A stretch of DNA of 46,115 nucleotides from Clostridia bacterium. Its GTDB lineage: Bacteria; Bacillota; Clostridia; Christensenellales; UBA3700. Position 1 is the first letter of the stretch, and each line of letters opens with the position of its first letter. Shown here piece by piece: positions 9,501 through 19,300 of the stretch. The translations under genes and the position numbers were made by a program. Location of the stretch: NCBI GenBank assembly GCA_016287155.1, contig JAEEWC010000051.1:1-46115 (forward strand), in the 5' to 3' direction. The notes under the pieces were generated by a model, which was not told the origin of the DNA, made no database searches, and was given only the letters and a program-made list of their open reading frames with translations.

Positions 9501-12500
9501 AAAGAATGAAGGAGCGATGACATTTGGATTATTATTAATATTAATCGTACTAAATGTTGAAACACTTGAATCTCCAAATATATAAATCAGCGCATTATTT
9601 ACCATTGGCATTGTTAAAGTTGAAGTAAGGCCAACTGAATCAAAAGCTTCATTGCCAATTGATGTGATACTTGAGCTTATCTCAGTTAATGTTAAATTTG
9701 AACAACCATAAAACGCATATTCTGGAATCGCTGTAATTTGTGAATTTAAATTAAATGTATTAAGCCTTGAACAGTTGTAGAAAGATCCCATACCAATACT
9801 TGTTAAATTTGGAATAAACCCAAATGTTGTTAACGCATAACAATTCTTAAATGCATAATCGCCAACGCTATTTATCGAGCCCTCAATATTTAATGTTCTA
9901 AGTGATGTAAATCCTTCTAAGAAATGGGCTGGCACCCTTGTGTAACTCGTAGCTAATGTTACATTTTCAATGCGAGCTGCAACACTGTCTCCAAACAAGT
10001 CTTTTAAGCTTGACTGAATTGCAAATATTTCCAAATTTGTTAGATTAGAGCAATCTATAAATGCATCATTACCAATACTTGAAACATCTTGTTTTAAAAC
10101 TAATGTTGTTAACCATATACAACCATAGAATGTTTCTTCTGCGATACTAGAGACATTATTTAATGTAATTGTCTCTAAAGCTGCACATCCTCTTAAGGCT
10201 CCCTTTCCAATTGTTTGAGAATTACTTATAAATGAAAAATCTCTCAAACTTGAACAGTTCATAAAAGCATAATCGCCGACATGCGAAACATTTCCATTTA
10301 CATTAAGTGTTTGTAAATACGTACAATTTTTAAAAAACTCATTAGGGATTGTCCCGTTATAAACATTTAGATTAACTGACTTTATATTAGGTAATGCAAA
10401 AGAGTCAAACAAATATGATAACCCGCTTTCGTATCTTGAAGATATTGAGACAGCGCCCACACTATTGCAACTTCCAAAAACATTATTTCCAAATTCGATA
10501 TTATCACCAATAATATCAACACTATCAGCATTAGAACAGCCCCAAAATGCTTTTTCGCCTACGTTTACAGCATTAGATCCTAATGTGATAGAATTAATCA
10601 TTTTGCAGTTATAAAAGGCTTCTTTCTCTATATTAATAATCGCGCTAGTATCGATTCCTTCCAACTTGGTACAATTATAGAATGCAGAAGCTCCAACGCT
10701 TCTTATATTTGCAAAGCTTCCAATGCTTGTTAGATTTGAACATTTATAGAATGCTTTTTCGCCTACCGTCTCGATATTTGTATCCGTATTTAAAACAACT
10801 AAGGCGGTAAAACCATAGAAATATTCGTTTGGCACATTCTTTAATCCATAGATTGTTGCCCTAGCAATACTGCTGCTGTTTTTACTATCAAAAACATTAG
10901 ACAAAATGACGCCATCTAAATATGGCATCTTAATCTCTTTTAATGAGTTATTTGCGCCAAAAGCTTGATCTCCAATAGTTTTAACAGATGAAGGAATATC
11001 TATTGTGCTTATCCTAGAATTATTATAGAAGGCTTTCGCTCCTATTGATTCTAGCCCATCATTAAGCATTATTTGCGATAAATTAATACAGCCACTAAAA
11101 GCACTATTCCCGATGCTCTTTAATGCTATATTCGTACAATTAATACTACGTAAATTTTTACATCCTTCAAATCCACTATCGCCAACGCGAATCAAAGATC
11201 CATTAATTATTACGCTATCTAGGACCTCATCATTTGCAAAGCTTGAATTTCCTATTGTAACATTTTCCCCTGTTATTGTAATTGTTCTTAACTTTGGCAT
11301 ACCATCCGCAAAATCGTTTGGGATATTTGAATAATTATTTAAATATAAAGACTCAATTTTGCCAGCTGAACTTCCAAAAGTAGAATCGATAGAATTTACT
11401 GCATTGTCGTTTTGCAAAGTTAAAGTTGTAATATTACGGCATCCGCTAAACGCATCGTTGCTTACAGAAGTTAATGTCTTTGGTATTTCAATATTATTAA
11501 TTGATGTACAATTTGCGAATGCCTCGGATTTTATATTTGTAATTTCTTTACCGAAAGATATAGATTTTAGTTTCGAGCAATCGTAAAAAGCTTTTTCTCC
11601 AATATATGTAATTCTATCAGAATTCTCAATTATTGCTAGGTTTATACATTCTTCGAATGTATTATCTCCTATAATATAGTCTCTATCTCCTAGAACAACT
11701 AATCTCAAATTCCAACAATTTTTAAAGCTAGATTCTTCTATTGTTGCATTACTTTCTGTAAATACAATCTCCTGAACAGACTTATTCTTTTTAAATGTCT
11801 TCTTTGAAACCTCTTCAACACTTAAATCATCAATCTTTGCCGGGATTGTATATTTCAACTTTTCTTCATTGAACAAACCATCTATTATGATTGAGTTATT
11901 ATTCCCATAAATATAGTAATATGTATCATCATATCCATCATATCTATTGATGTAATATCCATACATCGAGAAGAATGTTATTGTCATCAATACATATACA
12001 GCAACTGTGCCCAACGAGTATTTAAACATCTTTGGACGCTTATATTTTTTCAAATTCCTATATATGCCAAGTCCACTTAACAATGCTATCACTGATAAAA
12101 CTGCAAATATTGTCAACAAATTAGATCTTTCCCACATCTCTTTTAACAACGTGAAATTATACTTTGCTGCAAAAGTTGTAAGAATAGTAAAAGTTATAAC
12201 GCCAACTGCACTTGGAGCATATTGCAATGTCATATCCATTGCTCTTCTCATTTTTATATTTTCATCTACGATTCTTTGGGCATGTTCTATAAAGGAAATT
12301 CTAAAAATATTATATAATTTGTTTAAATTATATTTATTATATTCTTCATATTCTTCTTCGTTTTGTATGCTTTGAATTACTTCTTTTTTTATCTCAAAAG
12401 AATAATTCTCTTTATTCAACTCTTTATTGAACAACTCAGACAAAACTTTACAATGAGAAAACAATGATAAGTGTCTATCCAAAAACAAACTATAGTACTT

Positions 12501-13307
12501 TAAAATATATTCTAATGCGCTAAGCTCCATTATTGGAGCCTCATCAGAATAATCCATTTCTAAAAAGTTCTCACTTTCTGCACCAATTGTTTTTAATAGA
12601 TCATTTATAGGCATACCTTTAACGCATATGTTTTTGGCAATAAAATTACGTGCCTTATCTAGCAAAGAAAATACTGTCTTTTGCTTTGGCTCTTCTAGTT
12701 GTAAAACGCGGCCTATACGTCTTAATAACGCATGAATTTTATACGCAAATATTCGCAACTTGATTAACCCAGCTTTTTCTTTATACTGATGCTGTGCATA
12801 CTTATCTTTGATAATATCGGCTTGTTCTTCCCAAGTTTGTACAAATTCCAATTCACTTACTTTTTCTTTATTTATAAATGAATTAACATCAGATACAAAC
12901 TTATTGAAATTAGCATATCTATATTTTTTATTTGTTGGAAGTTCGGCAAATTGCTCCTTTTGGCCACAAAAATTAACGCCTAAGTTAATCAAATCCATAA
13001 TTTTAATTTGATCCAATCTTGCTACGGATAGAATTGCTGAACTACTTAAAGCGTGTTTTGCAATGTTTTTATCTTTTTCTATAATAGATTTAAACCCTGT
13101 TAAATCTTTTTCGTCGATAGATATATCATAGCCCAAATTTTCTAATTGCAAATCTATTGAATCTACAGGGCGAATAAAACTATTAGGGATATAATCATCC
13201 TCGATTTTAAAATCTTCTATTAAGTACTTAAGAGGAATATCCTTCGGAGAAAGAGGATTAGCTCTTTCCGCACTGATATATCCAGGTTCTTTTTTCTTAC
13301 TAGCCAT
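6567..13307 (-). CDS. Giant BspA-type (TpLRR/LRR_5) membrane protein, 2246 aa
   Basis: Dozens of IG..AF..C..L..I.I/LP repeats. Three hydrophobic segments at ~aa 365-455 and a C-terminal TM (AAFVVICILIAGAIAGIVVLIV) with a Lys-rich tail. Confidence 0.9.
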   Translation of the reverse strand: MASKKKEPGYISAERANPLSPKDIPLKYLIEDFKIEDDYIPNSFIRPVDSIDLQLENLGYDISIDEKDLTGFKSIIEKDKNIAKHALSSSAILSVARLDQIKIMDLINLGVNFCGQKEQFAELPTNKKYRYANFNKFVSDVNSFINKEKVSELEFVQTWEEQADIIKDKYAQHQYKEKAGLIKLRIFAYKIHALLRRIGRVLQLEEPKQKTVFSLLDKARNFIAKNICVKGMPINDLLKTIGAESENFLEMDYSDEAPIMELSALEYILKYYSLFLDRHLSLFSHCKVLSELFNKELNKENYSFEIKKEVIQSIQNEEEYEEYNKYNLNKLYNIFRISFIEHAQRIVDENIKMRRAMDMTLQYAPSAVGVITFTILTTFAAKYNFTLLKEMWERSNLLTIFAVLSVIALLSGLGIYRNLKKYKRPKMFKYSLGTVAVYVLMTITFFSMYGYYINRYDGYDDTYYYIYGNNNSIIIDGLFNEEKLKYTIPAKIDDLSVEEVSKKTFKKNKSVQEIVFTESNATIEESSFKNCWNLRLVVLGDRDYIIGDNTFEECINLAIIENSDRITYIGEKAFYDCSKLKSISFGKEITNIKSEAFANCTSINNIEIPKTLTSVSNDAFSGCRNITTLTLQNDNAVNSIDSTFGSSAGKIESLYLNNYSNIPNDFADGMPKLRTITITGENVTIGNSSFANDEVLDSVIINGSLIRVGDSGFEGCKNLRSINCTNIALKSIGNSAFSGCINLSQIMLNDGLESIGAKAFYNNSRISTIDIPSSVKTIGDQAFGANNSLKEIKMPYLDGVILSNVFDSKNSSSIARATIYGLKNVPNEYFYGFTALVVLNTDTNIETVGEKAFYKCSNLTSIGSFANIRSVGASAFYNCTKLEGIDTSAIINIEKEAFYNCKMINSITLGSNAVNVGEKAFWGCSNADSVDIIGDNIEFGNNVFGSCNSVGAVSISSRYESGLSYLFDSFALPNIKSVNLNVYNGTIPNEFFKNCTYLQTLNVNGNVSHVGDYAFMNCSSLRDFSFISNSQTIGKGALRGCAALETITLNNVSSIAEETFYGCIWLTTLVLKQDVSSIGNDAFIDCSNLTNLEIFAIQSSLKDLFGDSVAARIENVTLATSYTRVPAHFLEGFTSLRTLNIEGSINSVGDYAFKNCYALTTFGFIPNLTSIGMGSFYNCSRLNTFNLNSQITAIPEYAFYGCSNLTLTEISSSITSIGNEAFDSVGLTSTLTMPMVNNALIYIFGDSSVSTFSTININNNPNVIAPSFFAGCKNLTTITGIGNVVSISENAFNNCQKWNGIDSLTKLQNIGDNAFSNCKSLSVLNLRDGIKSIGSHAFISCGAITNLTIPSSITSIGYAAFSYCTNLSTVSINTTGAQYDDSMFYGCEKVANATIKKMEYPIKTLFLSAYKTITTIVVTDNNNTIPNYYFDGCENLSSLTLSSNLSNIGECAFRSCASIADFSFLSTINSLGVGAFEGCKNLESVEFSNSLTSIPNSAFKGCSNLSELALNEAITNIGENAFYECNKITSIRIKVFANSLMQIFGTDLVSKITTITLDANSQTIPNSYFEGCSSLKNLTINGTINAVGNNAFKGCSNLTNGAFIAYLNSIGEGAFWGCSGLSSISLNSGLTSIPAHAFDGCSGLTLNSINSSIKTIGDHAFDGCGCLVLNSIGSNVTKIGDYAFKNCQIKSINLTNIVTIIGIGAFSGIGNLESIKLPLLENGIESIFGTYFANNVKTIEVTNNPTVLCAEAFSNCASLTGISIPNTVRTIGESAFKGCKSLTSISIPSAVQTIGDYAFNDCTGLNKITLPSNASDLGKEIFVGCSGITQYNIYTEVVKSITNLMPQGKMTNSIKINPIGQKVIPDNFFDGCNNLTEYKFEGIKSIGANAFNATGIKEVALDSTIETIGEGSFANCSQLKKVNLNILKEVPQHAFENCGNLTEIVSLYAGVKYKEYSFAATAIKSLDIKADSSTIYAHSFENCKLLSSINIEGQNITIEQYAFNGCTALRTLDLSKVINIGQNAFANCSVTTLTISQKVNNYSNDNISKYFAKTSGWYINELKVIDATSLTRDYISNLYITNFTIKGSLKKIDEALFQDNSTLTSIIFNEGLETIGEKAFYNCYNLKMVQFPSTLKTIDNKAFMGCKNLSKVELNKDLQYVGRKAFDENITAIKMPTGLSDANWHGNWNTNNKVTAQYISDELKEYAEDNTAAFVVICILIAGAIAGIVVLIVKKVKSKKAKKRES

Positions 13308-13314
13308 TTATTCC

Positions 13315-16300
13315 TTAATCGATTACAAAGCTGCCCTTACGATCAACTTCTGCTAATACATATTTATTTGAATTTATTGTTATTGTATAGAAATATGTTC
13401 CAGCGGTTGCATAGTCAAAATCTATTATTTCATTTTCACATGCTTCTTCTGAATAATACTTAATCGTATAATCTATAGACTCATTCTCTACAACACCATC
13501 GAAAACCAACCCATTTGAATCTAATAAAGAATCTCTAATAAGAGTTATGGTTTTTGGTGTAATATTAAATGTTGATTCAAATGCAATATGGTAACATGGA
13601 TTAACATATAAATCTAATGAGATTCTATATTCACCAACATTATGTGCTTCATATTGCACTTCTATTATATTGTTATCACCGGAATCATTCTTTAATACTT
13701 GCAAATTTAAAACATTTCCGCTGCTTATAATTCCATTACGAAGATTAGTAAGATCTACGCCCTCAAAATGACTCTTTGTTACAAAGCCACTAATTTGCAC
13801 AGTCACTGTATGCGTACTTCCATCATAAACGACGCTATCTATTTCAGGATATGTTATTTGCATTCTTCGATATATCGTTCCAATCGCTGTTGTTGTATTA
13901 ATTGAATATTTATTTGAACTAATTTCTGTTACCGAGAAATTATAATCCCCAATATTTTTTGCTCTAAAGGTTAACATAATATAATTTGATTCTTTTTCTA
14001 GAGTAAAGATATTATTTGCCGTAAAAGAAGTAACGCTTATATCATTTATGTCATTCGTATCTATAAAGCCTGAAATCTTTAATGTAATGTCTTTATATGT
14101 ACCATCGTATTCATTATATTCATCATATTGCCATTCTGTATTAAGAACGCATGGCGTAATACTGAAATTAGACTCAACCGCACTTAATTCATAATTAGGC
14201 AAATTACTATTACTCTCTAAGGAAATAGTATAATCAGCTACATTTTTACATTTACAATAGAATTCTGCGTGGCCATCTACTAGCGCAACGTCAACAGTCT
14301 CTGCCCCAGTTACATTAAATCCATTTTGAATAGCGCTTAATCCTAAAGAATTTAAACCATCCACTTTATACGTTATTGAATGGTATAAACCGTCATATTC
14401 ATGAGATTCATTATCGCCTACTATATCAACGCTATCAGCGCTTAATTGTTGCTTATGAATTACTACTGTTTTACTGTAACTGCTCAAAGAATAGTCAGAA
14501 TCAAGACATCTACTAATTGCAAATGTATATTCTCCGGCATCCTTTATGCTAAATAATAGACATAGTTTGGTACTATTTTCAATTATTGTTTGAGTTGGAG
14601 CTAGAGTAAATGCTGAAGAGAACATAGATAGCGAAATATCATCTCCTGCTATAAAGCCAGATATCTCGAACTTAATATCATACGAAGAATTTACAAATGT
14701 ATATTCATCATATCCAACATAGTTAATTGTTAAACTCTTTGGTCTAATATAAATTCTCTTAACGCCACTTGAAGTGTAACTATAATTAGTATTACTAAAG
14801 CTATTTACCTCACAAGGGTAATAACTACTTTGTACATCTTTTGCCTTGAATACCAATTCTACATAGTTGCTATGTTTTCTAATCTCGCTGATAGTTCCGT
14901 ATCCCAAAGCAAATTGGCTTATCTCAACGTTATCAGCATCAGCACCTACAAAGCCCGAAATCATCAATGATATTTCATGATATTGATTGTCAAAATCGAA
15001 GACTTTAACATCCTCACTTATGATCCAATAATTCGTCAACTCGATTGCTGATATTTCAAAATTCGTTGAAATGCTAGGACAAGCATAATTCAATTGCACA
15101 GTATTTATTGGTAAAATTTGGATTGTCTCTTTATCAACATTTGTTTTAGCTATAGTATATACTAAATTACCATTTACAATTTTTGAAGAATAATTAGCAG
15201 ACGAATCGGTTTTGCGCATTACACTAAACATAGAATCTTTTGTTGTACCATTCAAATCTGCTGCACTTAAATTCTTTATTGTCACATCAAAGCTTTGTTC
15301 TGCTCCATTGTAGTTGAATGATGCGTTTCCAATCTCAACTTCTATTGCTCGTTTGTCTATACTAATAGAAGTTTCATATCTTGGCAAATAGTAATTGCTA
15401 GCCAAAGCGACATCCCCTAAGCCATAACAAATATAATCATATGAATGGCAATCTTTGTTTTTAAATATGATTATTACTGACCCAGCAGCTGATGAACGGT
15501 CGATTGTTATTGTCGCATTATTATTAAACCTAAAGAATGAATTTACAACATTATCTTCTTGCCCTTGAACAAAACCTCTAATGACTAATTTCTTCTCAAT
15601 ATCATATCCGGTATATGTATAATTTGTTGTATTTTCATCAACCCATTCTGCTGACAATTCTTTAGCAACTATACTCCAATTGCATTGATAATTGCTTGGC
15701 AATGCATAATTACAATTGCTTGGAAGAGAAAGCCTTGCAGTATATTGTCCGACTACTGTTGCAGAATTTTCAGAAATACTTGGGGTTAATACATCGCCTT
15801 CACATATTCCATCAACAGTATAATTTAAAGTTTTGCTTTCGCCACTATATACAAAACTGCGGTTTGTATCCCATGTTATTGATAAAGTTTTTTGCAAAAT
15901 TGTGATTCTATGTTCTACATCTGCAATACGATAATTAGATAAATTCTCGCTGTTTATTTTAAAACTGTAACTACCAACATCTTTTTTGCTATAAGAAAGT
16001 GTTACAATGCGTTCAGTTCCAGAATTATGAGAACTCATATCGCTAGGAGCAACATTTGTAACAAATGTTGAACTATCTATTAATGTGGCATCCTTCTCTA
16101 GCAATCCACTAATGCTTAAATTAGCAGTTCTTAGCGCGCCATTATATACTAATGAACTTCCACAATCCCAATATGTGATTAATTGCTTTTCATTAATTGT
16201 CCACGATGTAGATGTGTTAGCATTTAATTCATAGTTTTTATGAGAAAGCGATGCCGTTACAGAATAAGTCCCAGCATTTGTTTGCTTGTTGTTTGTATAT

Positions 16301-19300
16301 GATAAAACTACAGTATCTTTGCTGTTTGTTAATGCATTAGTGTATATCTTGCTTGTTATTACAGCTTCTCTTGTTTGCTCTTCTCCATTATATGTATAAT
16401 CAATAGTTCCCCAATCTAAAGAAATCTTAGTTCTATATACATAATATGTATACATTTTATTTACGTAGCTTGTAGCAAGCTCGTAATTTGAAGAATTGAA
16501 AGAATCTTTCAACCCAAGTATTTCAACTTCATATGTACCGGCATCAACTGCCTTATTGTTGATAGTATAATTTGTATAAGTATCTTGGCTTGATGCTCCT
16601 GTATTTGTATATATAATTGGCAAAGTAGTAAACAAATTACTATCTGCAGGCAAATAGCCTTTAACTTTCAAAGATAAACCAGTCAAATATTCCCCGTTAT
16701 AAGTAACAGTATCGTTTGAACTTTCTTTTTCTAAATAAATCTCAGCTCTATTAATAGTAAATACTTTTGACAATGCACTTGTAGTGCCAACTAACGTATA
16801 ATTTGAATTATCCGCAATAGATTCAACACTAATTGTATATACACCTGCATTCTTGGCTTTTGGAGAAGAAATTGTGCTTCCGTCGATGTATGCAGATCCT
16901 GAGCAACTATAATTAACATTTACTGCATCAGCTCCAATATTTGCGTAATTAATTTCAAAGCTATGAATTGTACCATCATAAGTATAGTTAGTTGCTGGCC
17001 ATGTCCAAGCTAATACTTTTGGATAAATTTCTACCTCTAAATGAGAATTTGCTAAAGATGTTCCATCAAAATCATAATTTGAATTTGTTACGCTATTAAC
17101 TATTAGAGAATAAGTCCCCGCATTTCTTGCATACAAGTAGAAAATACTCCTATTGGTGTCATATGTTCTATATTCGAAAGTTCCTCCTTGTGGTTTTGAA
17201 ATAGACAAATCCCCTATTCTAAAATTTCTTGCATACGTTGAATCGGCAAACCCACTCACAGTCAATTTAATACAATCAATATCATCTCCTGAATATACAT
17301 AATCAGATGAAGATGCACGAGCTAGAGCAAATGTTAGCACTCTTTTGTTAATTGTATAAGCTTTAGTCAAATTGTCTTCTGGAAGACAATAGTTAGAGTT
17401 GCTTAAGCTAACTAATCTTATGCTATAATTCCCCGCCTCTCTATAAGTATCGACTACCATTCCATTTTTATATACGGCATACGAGCCAGATACGGAATCA
17501 CCACTGCAAACATTTGAGAATGATGCAGTATCATTTTTATTACTTCCATCATAAGTAAATGTATTATTTGACCAAGTTACACCAACGACTCTTTTATTAA
17601 TAACCCAATTAAACATTTTAGTCGAATCATTAATTGCATAATTACTATTATTTAGATTTGTTATTGTAGCAATATATGTTCCTGCAGCATTAAGCCTATA
17701 GTTTGCCATATTACTAATAGTTGGAGTTAAAGAATCTTTCTCCCCGCTATCTTCTCTTACACACAATCCAGTAAATACAGGCTTAACCGAATGATAATTT
17801 TTATCATAAACAAAATCATTGTCCGTATATGCCTCTAATGTATCTCCATTAACCCAACTATTTGTAATTGTCTTTTGATTAATCGCGAAAGAGTAAGTTA
17901 GATTTTGAATAGTATAATTAGAGAAGGTATTTTTACCTTGAGCTATTGTATATGTAGTTGCATCAATTGCTTTAAATTTTACAACAATACAACCATTATC
18001 TATAACTACACCATTTACCATGGTTACTTTACTTGCTGGGGTGCAGTTATATGTAAAGAACGAATTATCTACTGAATTTAAATCATCTCTAAGTGGAGTA
18101 TTTACAAATCCATCATATCTAAACCCGAATTCATGATATTTACCATCATAAATAGTTGCCGGGCCATTATATTTAGACACAGTTATTGATTTTTTCGTTA
18201 TTTCCCAATTATAGTTGCACGTATCGTCAACCTTATAATTTGTATTAGTTGTTGAAATTGTTGCTGTATAATAACCTACATCAATAGCAGTCTCGTTATT
18301 ATATGCCAATGGGATTTCATCGTTACCACATCTATTTGTAACAGATGCAACAACACTATGATTAAAGCCATTATAGACTAAATTATCATCTGTGTCCGAT
18401 AAGTGCCATTCTAGTTTCAACAATCTAGGTTTAATATTAAATGTTGTACTACATTCTTTATCTTCATAGTTGTTTCTAAATTGTTCATTCCCAATTGAAT
18501 TAATTGAGACATTGTATGAATCTGCAGAAATGCCTTTAAAACTAATAACCCTACCATTTGTACTGTTATTAATTGTTGTTGATGTACATTTAGGATATGA
18601 TCCTGCGAACGTAGTAATGTTATTAATATCTCTTTGGTAAACATTTGAGATTGTTAATTGAAGAGCTTGTTCTAATCCGTTATAAGTAAACTCTTTTGTT
18701 CCCCACTCTACAGTATAACTAGCCTTGTTTATCTTTAGAGTTGAAGTCATATTCTCAGAGTTAAGAACATAATTATTATAATTAGAGACAATACTATTAA
18801 TAGTTGTTGTATATTCTCCAGCATCTATTGATGAAAAACCGATTGTTACCTTTCTATCATTATTGTCTATTAAACCTATAGAGCCATCACTAACATATGT
18901 CATTTTTTGCATAATGTTATTTCTTGTATATTGCTTAGCATCATCGTTAAAGAATCCAGTTAACGCTAGCTCCATTGCTTGAGATGCTCCATTATAAGTC
19001 AAAGTTTTGTTAGACCATTGAGCATTAATAACCGCTGGATTAATCTTAACCACTCGTGACGTTAATAATATTGTAGAAGCTTCATAGTTATTGTCATTAA
19101 AACCTAATATTTGTATATTGTAATCACCAACATTCTTTGCCTCAACTTTTACTTTCAATGCACCATCATTTGGTTTTTGTTCTGTCGTGAATACCAAGCT
19201 CGATGTATTTAATTGAAGACTATTATTTGCATTTTGAACGTCAGTTCTTGCTAGCCCAGAAATTGTAAAATCATATATTTGAGTCTCACCATTAAAGGTT

